Assembly: GCA_963835065.1 (NCBI GenBank)
Contig: CAWIEK010000044.1
Coordinates: 224,001 to 288,000, forward strand
Source of the DNA: an uncultured Chthonomonadaceae bacterium
Lineage (GTDB): Bacteria > Armatimonadota > Chthonomonadetes > Chthonomonadales > Chthonomonadaceae
Direction: 5' to 3'
DNA: 64,000 nt
This document shows positions 10,446-19,520 of the stretch, piece by piece (position 1 is the first letter of the stretch; every line of letters starts with the position of its first letter). The notes under the pieces are model-generated. The model was not told the origin of the DNA. It saw nothing but the letters and a program-made list of their open reading frames with translations, and searched no databases. A program made the position numbers and the translations under genes.

Positions 10446-11373
10446 TCAGGCGGCGCGCAGCGCGCCGGCGCGGAGATGCTGCTGCGCGACGGGGTTGTCC
10501 GTTTCGATTTTCAGCACTTCTGTAAACAGGCGATGCGCTTCCGTTTTTTGTCCCTGCTCCGCATACGTCAGGGCGAGGTTGAGCATGGCTTCCACGTAGC
10601 GCGGGTTAATGGCAAGGGCGTACTGGAACTCCGTGATGGCTTCCGTCGCCAGTCCCTGCGCGCTGTAGGCTATGCCTAAGTGGTTGCGTATATCGGCGTA
10701 ATTCGGGTTCAGGGTCAGCGCCTTCTGGTACTCGCTGACGGCATCCGCGTACAGGCCGCGCTTGTGGAAATCATCGCCAAGCCGGAAGTGGAACAGAATA
10801 TCGTCCACGTCGGTATGCGACACCTGCTCGAACGCCTGCAGCGCCACCCGGTATTTCCCGGCCTCATGGTACTTCAAGCCGGACAGAAACGTTTCCGTGC
10901 AAAAGCCGGGGTCGCAATCCAATGCCTGCCGGACACACGCAATGCCGCGCTCGTAATCGCCATGTTCGTAACGGAGCAGTCCTTCGAGAAAATGCGCTTT
11001 GGCAAAACCGGGATTGATTTCCAGCGCATGGCGCAAGGCGCTCAAGTGCCGCTTCCCGATCCGCCAGCGCTTTGCAGGCGACGGCGAGATGGTAATGCAG
11101 ATCGGCGTAGTGCGGATGGATGTCAAGGGCGCGCGCGAAACACTCCTGCGCCCGCGCCCAATTCCCCCGTTTCAACGCCGCATGTCCCAGATGGGCATAC
11201 GCTTCGCCGATATAAAAGGAAGCCAGTTTCGCATTGAGCGGGTCCTGCCGTATGGCCTGCGCCCGCTCAAACGCGGCAATCGCGTCCGCGTACTGCCCCT
11301 GATCGAACAGGCGTATGCCCCGGTCATAATCTTCATTGCGCGCCGTTCTGCGCATTTTCTCCAGCAAGGACAT
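10446..11373 (-). CDS. TPR protein (frameshift near 11040)
   Basis: TPR motifs (HPHYADLHYHLA, NPNYADIRNHLG) continue across two overlapping ORFs. Confidence 0.85.
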
Positions 11374-11387
11374 GGGAACCTCCAGGA

Positions 11388-11510
11388 AGTAGTCAGTAGT
11401 CAGTAGTCAGTAGTCAGTAGAACCTCGTATTTGCAAGCTGTTGCCGCTGAAAGCGCTGAGTTACGAAAGCATTGTCTACTGACTACTGACTACTGACTAC
11501 TGACTACTAC
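11388..11510. repeat. Inverted heptamer tandem-repeat pair (AGTAGTC)n ... (GACTACT)n
   Basis: About 4-5 units per arm; one arm overlaps the ugd stop codon. Confidence 0.9.
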
Positions 11511-12817
11511 TTCAACACCGCCGTCGTGCGGCCAATGCAGTGATATTCAAAGCCCAGGCGGCGCAGCTTGAGCGGGTCGTAGATGTTGCGGCCATCGAAA
11601 AGGAGCGGGGTCTTCATCGCGGTCTTGATGCGCTCCATGTTGAGCAGCTTGAACTCGTTCCATTCCGTCACGATGACCAGCGCGTCGGCGTCTTCGGCCA
11701 CTTCGTAGGCGTTGTTGGCGTAGCAGATTTGCGGGAAGATGCGCTTGGTGTTGTCAATGGCAATCGGGTCATACGCCTGCACTTCCGCGCCTTCGGCCAG
11801 CAATGCGCCGATGATTTCGACGGATTTGGCGTCGCGCATATCGTCGGTATTGGGCTTGAAGGCCAGTCCCAAAATGCCGACGGTTTTGCCGTCAAAGCTG
11901 CCGCCCATCGCAACGCGCAGCCGGTCTATGAACCGAACGGCCTGCTCCTTGTTCACGTCAATCACGGATTGCAGCAGCTTGAACTCCACGCCCGCTTTTT
12001 CCGCCGTGCGGACAAGGGCGCTGCTGTCTTTGGGGAAGCAGGAGCCGCCGTAACCCAGCCCCGGATTGAGGAACGCGCTGCCGATGCGGCTGTCCATGCC
12101 CATGCCCTTGACCACTTGCAGCACGTCCGCGCCCACCGCGTCGCAGATGTTGGCGATGGAGTTGGCGAAGCTGATTTTGGTGGCAAGGAAGCCATTGCTG
12201 GCGTATTTAATCATTTCGGCGCTTGCCACGTCGGTAATGATCATGGGGCGCTCCAGGGGGGCGTACAATTCCAGTATCTTCATCGCCACCACTTGATTGG
12301 GAGCGCCGATCACGATGCGGTCAGGTTCCAGCGTGTCTTTGATGGCGCTGCCTTCGCGCAAAAATTCCGGGTTGCTGACCACATCGAAGTCTACGTTGCG
12401 GCGACGGTTGTTTTCGATGATCTCGCGCACCATGTTGCCCGTGCCGACGGGAACGGTGCTTTTGTTGACAATCACTTTGTAGCGGTTCAGCGAACGCGCG
12501 ACGCCCTTGGCCGCTTCCTGCACGTAGCTCATGTCGGGGTCGCCGTTCGCCATGGGCGGCGTGCCCACGCAGATAAACACCACGTCGGAGCGCTCCACGC
12601 CTTCGGCCAGATCGCCCGTGAAGAACAAGCGCTTGTCATCCACGTTGCGCTTGACCATTTCTTCCAGGCCCGGCTCATAAATGGGCATCTCGCCCCGCTC
12701 CAGCATGGCGACTTTGGCGGGATTGTTGTCCACGCACACCACTTCGTTGCCCAGGTCGGCAAACACGCAGCCCGTCACCAGGCCGACATAGCCTGTTCCA
12801 ATAACACAGATATTCAT
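11507..12817 (-). CDS. ugd: UDP-glucose 6-dehydrogenase
   Basis: GTGYVG, FICVGTP, KSTVPVG, NPEFLREG, GGSCFPKD, AFKPNTDDMRD. Confidence 0.96.
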   Translation of the reverse strand: MNICVIGTGYVGLVTGCVFADLGNEVVCVDNNPAKVAMLERGEMPIYEPGLEEMVKRNVDDKRLFFTGDLAEGVERSDVVFICVGTPPMANGDPDMSYVQEAAKGVARSLNRYKVIVNKSTVPVGTGNMVREIIENNRRRNVDFDVVSNPEFLREGSAIKDTLEPDRIVIGAPNQVVAMKILELYAPLERPMIITDVASAEMIKYASNGFLATKISFANSIANICDAVGADVLQVVKGMGMDSRIGSAFLNPGLGYGGSCFPKDSSALVRTAEKAGVEFKLLQSVIDVNKEQAVRFIDRLRVAMGGSFDGKTVGILGLAFKPNTDDMRDAKSVEIIGALLAEGAEVQAYDPIAIDNTKRIFPQICYANNAYEVAEDADALVIVTEWNEFKLLNMERIKTAMKTPLLFDGRNIYDPLKLRRLGFEYHCIGRTTAVLK

Positions 12818-13033
12818 AATCGCAAAATCCTCCAGGTTCTTTCACACAAGTTCTTTCACACAAGAATGGGCGCTGCAATTTTTATTGCGCCGGCAATTCC
12901 TATTGCCTCAACAGTTCTATTGCACCGGCAAAAGTCATTGCGCCTGCAAGAAGCGTCGCCCTTGCCTCAAACATTGCGGCGGAAAAATTGGCCGGACGGT
13001 CAAAACCGCGTGAAAGAAGCGCCTGATGCTGCA

Positions 13034-13061
13034 TTATCGGCACAACTTGAAAAGGGGTTTA
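13034..13061 (-). promoter_or_regulatory. Sigma-28-like promoter facing ugd
   Basis: TAAA-N16-GCCGATAA; canonical spacing is N15 and the spacer contains homopolymers. Confidence 0.4.
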
Positions 13062-13194
13062 GACCGATTCCGGCGGGGAAAGCACATTCAAAGCACATTC
13101 ATGGAAATGCAGGAAACGTTCTCAGCATTGGAGCGGCGCGGCAGAGCAGTGGACAGAGGGCGAACCGCTGTTTGTAGATTCTACCTATTATCAT

Positions 13195-13211
13195 TGCATA
13201 ATTCATGCCAA
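13195..13211 (-). promoter_or_regulatory. Sigma-54-like -24/-12 element facing ugd
   Basis: TTGGCATGAATTATGCA, GG-N10-GC. Confidence 0.45.
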
Positions 13212-13433
13212 ACCGCGTTTTCTGTGGCAATCCGGCTAATTCTAACTGATTCTACATTAGAGAACCCCGTTTTTCGGCAGTCACAGCACGTATCCGAAGG
13301 CAAAACAGGCAAACTGCGCATTGTCAAGAAGGGGAACGCGAATGTCTCGTCTGCAAATTGCCCGCGCCCTGCCCTGACGAAAACACCGGCAACAGCCTAC
13401 AATCCACAGGCAGAAGGGATAAGGAGTAAAAGC

Positions 13434-14315
13434 ATGTTCATCATTATCGGCCTTGTGGTGGTGTTTGGAAGTATTTTGCTGGGCTTTGTTATGGAAGGCG
13501 GCAAAGTGGGCGCGCTGATCCAGATAACGGAGTTTATTATCATCGGCGGGGCGGGACTGGGGAGTGTACTGATCGCCAATCCATTGTCTGCGGTCATCGG
13601 AACCCTGAAAGCCGTCATCGGGCTGCTGAAAGGCAATCCGTTTACCAAAGCGCGGTATTCGGAACTGCTGAAAATGCTGTACGACCTGTTCATGCTGGCG
13701 CGGCGGGAAGGGCTGGTGTCGCTGGATCAGCACGTGGAAAACCCGCATGAGAGTTCCTTTTTCAGCAACTATCCGCAGTTTTCCGGGCATCATCACGCGC
13801 TGAGTTTTCTCGCGGACACGATGAAAGTGATTATTACCGGGTCGGTGCAGCCGTTCGACTTGAACGACATGATGGACATTGATCTGGAAACCACGCACGA
13901 GGAAGTGATGCACCCCGCTCACATCGTCACCAGTCTGGGCGACTCTATGCCCGGCTTTGGGATCGTCGCGGCGGTGCTGGGCGTGGTTATCACGATGGGC
14001 GCGATTGGCGGGCCACCGCAGGAGATCGGGCATAAAGTCGGAGCCGCGCTTGTCGGAACCTTTATCGGGATTTTGGTGGCGTATGGCGTGTTCGCCCCGA
14101 TTGCCGCCGCGCTGACCCTGCAGGCCAACGCGGAAAAGCAGTACATGGCGTCCATCAAGTGCGCCCTGCTGTCCTTTGCGCGGGGCGACGCGCCCATGAC
14201 GGCGGTGGAATTCGCCCGCCGCAACATTGACCCGCACGTTCGCCCCACCTTCGCCGAAATGGAAGCGACCTGCAAGAACACGGGCGGCGGCAGCGCGGAG
14301 GCGAAAGCGGCTTAG
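13434..14315 (+). CDS. motA: Flagellar motor stator MotA
   Basis: AAGGAG RBS; ARREGLVSL, PGFGIVAAVLGVVITM, GAALVGTF.GI, AVEFAR. Confidence 0.93.
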   Translation: MFIIIGLVVVFGSILLGFVMEGGKVGALIQITEFIIIGGAGLGSVLIANPLSAVIGTLKAVIGLLKGNPFTKARYSELLKMLYDLFMLARREGLVSLDQHVENPHESSFFSNYPQFSGHHHALSFLADTMKVIITGSVQPFDLNDMMDIDLETTHEEVMHPAHIVTSLGDSMPGFGIVAAVLGVVITMGAIGGPPQEIGHKVGAALVGTFIGILVAYGVFAPIAAALTLQANAEKQYMASIKCALLSFARGDAPMTAVEFARRNIDPHVRPTFAEMEATCKNTGGGSAEAKAA

Positions 14316-14319
14316 AGAG

Positions 14320-14423
14320 GTTGATAGTTGATAGTTGATAGTTGATAGGGCAACACTCTGTTGTTATCTCTTTTAGAAGAGGCGAGAAGTAACGAATAAT
14401 GACTATCAACTATCAACTATCAA
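14320..14423. repeat. Inverted heptamer tandem-repeat pair (GTTGATA)4 ... (CTATCAA)3
   Basis: In the motA-motB spacer; same unit at about 9343-9372, 35831-35846 and 47798-47827. Confidence 0.9.
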
Positions 14424-14443
14424 CTTCTCCGAAGGAGAAACCA

Positions 14444-15247
14444 ATGGCAGACGTGCCGGGATCGGATGCGCCGATCATACGCATTGTGAAGAAATCGGGC
14501 GGGGGCGGGCATCATGGCGGGGCGTGGAAAGTGGCGTATGCCGACTTTGTGACCGCGATGATGGCGTTCTTTCTGGTAATGTGGATTGTCGGGCTGGACA
14601 AGCCGATCAAGCAGGCGATTGCGGCGTATTTCCGCGACCCGTATGGCTTTATGAAAACCTCACATGGCGGCAAAAATCCCCTGAGTGGCGGCGAAGGCTT
14701 GAAGATGGAAGCGGGGAAGCCCGCGCCCGTTATACCGGGAGATGGCGGCAAGGGCGCGAACGGGACGCAGGCGGCGTTCAAGCAGACGGAAGCGGCCATT
14801 ATGAAGCAGATCGAGCAGGACCCGGAACTGCGCGGCCTCAAAGACAGCGTACAGGTGCGCCTGACGGATGAGGGACTGCGCATCGAACTGCTGGAGCGTA
14901 CCTCGTCCCTGTTCTTCGATACGGGCAGCGCGGCCTTGAAAGGGCGCAGCATCCGCCTGTTGGATGTGGTGGCGCATGAATTGGCGCGCTTGAAGAACCC
15001 GGTTGTCATCGAAGGGCATACGGACAGCCGCCCCCTGAACGGCAAAAACGGCTATTCCAACTGGGAATTATCTACCGATAGGGCAAATGCCGCCCGTCAC
15101 GCGATGGAAGAACACGGGCTTCCCGGCTCACAGGTAATTGCCGTGCGCGGGTATGCGGATCGCAAACTGCTGCACCCGGAAGACCCCACGCACTTTTCCA
15201 ACCGCCGCGTGAGCATTCTGGTGGCGTACACGAAACAGGGGCAGTGA
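14444..15247 (+). CDS. motB: Flagellar motor stator MotB
   Basis: WKVAYADFVTAMMAFFLVMW, EGHTDS, NWELS.DRA, NRRVSI. Confidence 0.93.
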   Translation: MADVPGSDAPIIRIVKKSGGGGHHGGAWKVAYADFVTAMMAFFLVMWIVGLDKPIKQAIAAYFRDPYGFMKTSHGGKNPLSGGEGLKMEAGKPAPVIPGDGGKGANGTQAAFKQTEAAIMKQIEQDPELRGLKDSVQVRLTDEGLRIELLERTSSLFFDTGSAALKGRSIRLLDVVAHELARLKNPVVIEGHTDSRPLNGKNGYSNWELSTDRANAARHAMEEHGLPGSQVIAVRGYADRKLLHPEDPTHFSNRRVSILVAYTKQGQ

Positions 15248-15443
15248 CCGCAAGCCAAAGCCTTTGCGCGGCGACGGCAAGAACAATAACCACGAAGAAC
15301 ACGGAGAACACGGAGGAAAAGAGAGTAGAAACCGCGAAACACACGAACTAAACGAAAGAAAGACGAAAAAGACTGCATAAGAAATGAAGGCTGCCGGAAG
15401 CAGTCAGTGTCGGTAGGTGTTCCCTGCGCGCCTCAAAGATTTT

Positions 15444-15739
15444 CTTGCTGTCCAAAATGCGTTGATGGGGTAAATTATGTGCATCACCCTTTCAGGAGTT
15501 ATGCCCCGCATCCGCTTGATGTTAGAAGATGACAACGGCACTCCGTTGCCCGAAACCACCGAGCAAATCTATGTTCTGCAAGGTCACTGCGACACCCTCA
15601 ACAGCATTGAAGCCGCTGTGGAAACCTTTAAGAACGCTGCTTTGCCCCACGTCGAGCAGACGCTTCTGACCTAAGCGCAACAACGCTTTGTGCAAGAGCC
15701 AGTCGCGGCCTAAAACGTCAATTCTTTTTGGACAGCAAG
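15444..15739 (+). mobile_element. Internally deleted IS / MITE-like element
   Basis: 14-bp perfect terminal IR CTTGCTGTCCAAAA; flanks AAGATTTT / AAAATTTT (8-bp DR, 1 mismatch); internal ORF fragment with stop at 15672. Confidence 0.75.
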
Positions 15740-16036
15740 AAAATTTTCGGCTTCATGTTGCGTGGGCGTGGCGTGATAGGAGCAACTACCCCTGCCCGGC
15801 AGCGATTGCATGCGTTCGCGGGGAGCAAGTTTTGGTAAGGACGGCTGCGCCCGAAATGCCATACTGACCGGCCATGCCAGCGTCAGCACAATCATTGCCA
15901 TCAAGCCGACGATCATTTTGTCCAGCAGCGCCGCAAGGCGCGCGGGAGACACCGACACTGGCAGTTTTTCAATCGCGCTGAAATGCGCCTGCGAACAGTT
16001 AAAAACTAATTTGTTTTCAAAATTACTTGCGGGCAT
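15710..16036 (-). CDS. Small single-TM hypothetical protein, 3' end altered by the IS
   Basis: AGAAAGGTG RBS, hydrophobic MIVGLMAMIVLTLAW; removing the IS restores GAA AAT CTT TGA. Confidence 0.5.
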   Translation of the reverse strand: MPASNFENKLVFNCSQAHFSAIEKLPVSVSPARLAALLDKMIVGLMAMIVLTLAWPVSMAFRAQPSLPKLAPRERMQSLPGRGSCSYHATPTQHEAENFLAVQKELTF

Positions 16037-16126
16037 GGACAACACCTTTCTATCTGTGTTGTTCCGCAAATCCCCTCGTTATCCCGCTCGTGCTATCACC
16101 GGCTTATTCATCAAGCCCCCTATTCG

Positions 16127-17068
16127 TTATTTCGTCAGGCTCCAGTGGGTGACGAAGACGCGGGAAGCGTTGGGCTTGAGCGGCAGCATCGGACCAAGCA
16201 GTTCCAGCTCCACGTACTTGTTCGGGTCGGGGTTGGTATAAATCTGCTGCGCGCAGCCGGAATCCGGGTAGGTCGCGCCCATTTCGTAATGCGCCGTAAA
16301 GGTGAACGTGCCGCCCATCGTCACGGCCTGCAATTGGCCCGTCGGGGAGTCCACGCCGATCTTGGCGCTCCGGGTCGCATGTCGTTTCAGCATTACGGCG
16401 GTATCCGTTTCGGTCAGCGATTCCGTGTCCACATCCATGCCGCTGAACGTGAAAAAGCCGTTCGGGAAACGTCCCTGCGGATTGCGCATCAAACGCGCTT
16501 CGCTGGGATTGTCAATCTGCGCCACCTGCCAGATAGACCAATCCACGTCCGCCGTTCCCGTGTTGACCAGCGTATTCGTGATGGACACGCCGCTTCCGGT
16601 TTCGTCCAGCGCGATTTCGCGGCGGAATTGAATCCCCAGCGCTTTCACGACAGGGCCGGTCAGCAGCAGATGGTGGTTGGGCAGAACCTTGATGGTTTGC
16701 GCCCCGCTGTCCAACAGGCGATCCGGCGGCCAGCCCCAGCGCTCCTGCGGCGCGGGCCACAACTTGTCGCCGCCATAGTTGATCCAATCCTTGCCGGGCG
16801 CGTTCAAATCGGTGGTTTTGCCATTGAGCGCGGTATTGTTCCACAGCGCGTTCGCGCCGCCCGCAAACCCGTAGCGCATGATACGCCCGATTTGCGGCAC
16901 GACCACAATCTCTACCGTGCCGTTGGAAAGCTGCTGCGCGCCCTTCCAGCCATTATAAACAACGGTTTTTACCGTCACCGCCGCCTGCGCCCCGCCTGGA
17001 TTTTGCATCAGCAATCCTCCCGACAACGCCCCGGTAAGCAGGAGGAAGCCCGCTCGACATGTTCCCAT
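16127..17068 (-). CDS. Secreted DUF4380 / galactose-mutarotase-like protein
   Basis: Signal peptide; VVPQIGRIM, WINYGGDKLWPAPQ, YVELELLGP; start uncertain. Confidence 0.7.
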   Translation of the reverse strand: MGTCRAGFLLLTGALSGGLLMQNPGGAQAAVTVKTVVYNGWKGAQQLSNGTVEIVVVPQIGRIMRYGFAGGANALWNNTALNGKTTDLNAPGKDWINYGGDKLWPAPQERWGWPPDRLLDSGAQTIKVLPNHHLLLTGPVVKALGIQFRREIALDETGSGVSITNTLVNTGTADVDWSIWQVAQIDNPSEARLMRNPQGRFPNGFFTFSGMDVDTESLTETDTAVMLKRHATRSAKIGVDSPTGQLQAVTMGGTFTFTAHYEMGATYPDSGCAQQIYTNPDPNKYVELELLGPMLPLKPNASRVFVTHWSLTK

Positions 17069-17189
17069 AGATCGCCTGTCGGCCTTTCTTATCAAAGTCT
17101 TGTCCTCTCCCGCAACAACCATTTTCATCATAGTTCGCAACGCGGTAAACATATTCCTGTATACGTCCCGGCGCAGCCGTTTTTATCCC

Positions 17190-17885
17190 TTAAACGCCCT
17201 GGCCTTTTTTCAGCGGCGACTCGGCCAGGCGTTTGTCCAGCAGGCCGGGAAAGCGTTCCAGCCACATTTGGTTGAGCGGGGAAGGGTGCGGCAAGGGGGC
17301 GAGCGTGACCGTTTTTTCCACAATCTGCCCGCCACATTCGGCTTTCAAGGTACACACAAACTCCGACTCGAACTTGTCCGGCTGTTTCCAAAAAGCATCG
17401 AACTCCTTACGATCCGCATACGGCTTGAACCAATCGAACGCTTCGGTTCCCATCGTAATAATGTAATTGCCCTTGAAATGGCAGACAAGCAACTGCGCGA
17501 TATAGGGGCGCAGGCGTTCCTTGACGCTTGTGGGATAGGCTTTGTTGCCGACGGGCTTGTAAGGAACCGTGTTCGTCAGCAGAACGTGTTCCACCGCAGC
17601 CGCAAGGCGGGCATCTTGGGCGGGCGGAGCCGTCTCGAACAAATACCGGTACACAGCCTTGCGAACGCGCTGCCCCGCATCCCCAATCAGCGGTTCGCCC
17701 TGTAAAACCTCGTGCCGTCCTAAATCACGGGCAAAAAACGCCAACTGCGCATCCAACTGTCCGCCGAACAAAATAGGCTTATGCGGGTCTTTCTTCGCTT
17801 CCGCGTACACGTCCGTATCCAGCGAAATCTCGCCCTTACGCGCTTCCGCCTCAATTAAAGCGGTCAGTTCCTCCAGCGTTGCCAT
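17190..17885 (-). CDS. Uracil-DNA glycosylase superfamily protein
   Basis: ARDLG..E...GEPLIG.AG, LTNTVPYKP, PLPHPSPLN. Confidence 0.82.
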   Translation of the reverse strand: MATLEELTALIEAEARKGEISLDTDVYAEAKKDPHKPILFGGQLDAQLAFFARDLGRHEVLQGEPLIGDAGQRVRKAVYRYLFETAPPAQDARLAAAVEHVLLTNTVPYKPVGNKAYPTSVKERLRPYIAQLLVCHFKGNYIITMGTEAFDWFKPYADRKEFDAFWKQPDKFESEFVCTLKAECGGQIVEKTVTLAPLPHPSPLNQMWLERFPGLLDKRLAESPLKKGQGV

Positions 17886-18160
17886 GCCAATCTCCTTTGG
17901 GTTAGGGTTTTAAGGTTTTAGGGTTCTATGGTTCTATAGTTTTAGGGGTTATGGTAGTTGAGCGTTCGGGAATACAGCGTTGAACTCGTTGCTGTGTATA
18001 CACCCATTACGCATGTCGCACAGGATTGATACTCCTGCTGCGGGGTGAAAAGGGGAAACATGCGCCTGCTTGTATCCGTCCGACTGCAAACGCGCGCATT
18101 TAACGCCTTCAGTCCGCGCAGGCAGGATACAATGCGCAGGCAGGACATAACGAGCAGTCA

Positions 18161-18185
18161 GGACATAACAAGTTATGTCCCTACG
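18161..18185. repeat. REP-like GTAG palindrome
   Basis: GGACATAACAAGTTATGTCCCTAC, same family as 55957..56015. Confidence 0.75.
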
Positions 18186-18257
18186 TTACCACAGCCGCGA
18201 GTTTCAACTCACGGGCTTTGACGGCTTTACAGCGTATACGGATTTTCAAGAAAAGTA

Positions 18258-18617
18258 ATGGAGCGAACCATGAGAACAACGCAGCAGATGCAGGATGAGG
18301 ATATTAGCGGCGACAATCCGATGGGGCTGGAAGTCTATTCGTCGGATGGGCAGTTGATCGGGCGCATACATGGCTATGTGGATGAAGTGGCGGACGACCA
18401 GGAGGATTTTGAAGAGGGAGCCATTGACCTGACGGATCGCGCCGGGCATTTGTTGGGCGCGCGGCGCGTGGTCATAGATGGGCAGGGCTACGTCACACAG
18501 GCCGAAATCGCCGTGCCCCTAACCCAACTCACCCTCGATTACAAAGGCCGCCGCGCCACCCTGCCCCTGACGCTCGCCCAAATAGAGCAAATCCCGCACC
18601 ATCTGCCGGAGCGCTGA
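18258..18617 (+). CDS. PRC-barrel-like protein
   Basis: MGLEVYSSDGQLIGRI...VP...LPLTLAQIEQIP. Confidence 0.6.
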   Translation: MERTMRTTQQMQDEDISGDNPMGLEVYSSDGQLIGRIHGYVDEVADDQEDFEEGAIDLTDRAGHLLGARRVVIDGQGYVTQAEIAVPLTQLTLDYKGRRATLPLTLAQIEQIPHHLPER

Positions 18618-18625
18618 CAGACGAT

Positions 18626-18878
18626 TAAACCACGGAGAACACGGAGGACACGGAGAAAGACAAGGGAGGAGAGGGAATCGCAAAGAGGCAAAGAACGCAG
18701 AGAAACAAAGAACAAGAGCAATGTATCGGAAGAACTGCGACAGGGGCTTTGCCCTGCTTTTACCACTTTGCTGCTTTGGAGGCTTTTCGTATTTCTTTTT
18801 CGTTTATTTCGCTTCTTTCGCGGTTTCCTTCTCCTCGCTTTTCCTCCTCTCCGTGCCCTCCGTGTTCTCCGTGGTTTA
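18626..18878. repeat. Long palindromic element built of 9-bp units (CACGGAGAA)
   Basis: 31-bp inverted arms with 1 mismatch; right arm ends in the ruvC stop codon. Confidence 0.88.
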
Positions 18879-19373
18879 CTTCTGTAGTTTGGTGAGGTTG
18901 AGCATGGTGGCGGAGTGGGCATGGCAGACGGCGATGGCGAGAGCGTCCGCCGCGTCGTCGGGTTTGGGCGTTTTGTCCAGCGAAAGCAGCTGCGTAATCA
19001 TGTACTGCACCTGCTTTTTGTCCGCCGCGCCGTAGCCCACGACCGCCATTTTCACTTCCATCGGGCGATATTCCACCCAGGGCAGGCCGCGTTGCGCGGC
19101 GGCAAGCAACAGGACGCCGATTGTTCCGCCAACCGAAAGCGCCGTGTTGACATTGTTGCTGAAAAACAGTTTTTCCGTCACCAGAACGTCCGGCTCGTGA
19201 ACATCGAGCAGGCGGTTGAACTGCGTGGAAATGGCAAGATAACGATCCGGCATCGCCATTTCTTTGGCGGTCAAAATCGCCCCATGCGCAATGTAGGTGA
19301 TTTTACTGCCCTGCTTTTCCACCAGCCCGAAGCCGGTTGTCGCCGTTCCAGGGTCCATACCAAGAATAATCAT
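18876..19373 (-). CDS. ruvC: Holliday junction resolvase RuvC
   Basis: ILGMDPG...TGFG, EKLFF, VK.AVVGYG.ADK.QV, PDDAADALAIA. Confidence 0.96.
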   Translation of the reverse strand: MIILGMDPGTATTGFGLVEKQGSKITYIAHGAILTAKEMAMPDRYLAISTQFNRLLDVHEPDVLVTEKLFFSNNVNTALSVGGTIGVLLLAAAQRGLPWVEYRPMEVKMAVVGYGAADKKQVQYMITQLLSLDKTPKPDDAADALAIAVCHAHSATMLNLTKLQK

Positions 19374-19520
19374 AGTAACCTTCACCACAGAGGCAAGAGA
19401 CACAGAGGGGCCACAGAGAAAAACCAAAAGAAGAGCAAACGCGCGGAGTTGGCTACGCTTTTAGATTGTATTTGCGTTTATTCGCGTTTATTCGCGGCTA
19501 ATCCTTCTCTGCTCTTCATT

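Noticed and set aside
13026..13433. N-terminal extension of MotA (likewise MotB from 14399 and CheR from 6253)
   Set aside because: RBS and family homology start downstream; the MotB and CheR extensions just translate heptamer repeats
13434..15247. motAB as Zorya ZorAB
   Set aside because: Canonical stator length and motifs, no long ZorA tail and no zorC/D/E neighbours
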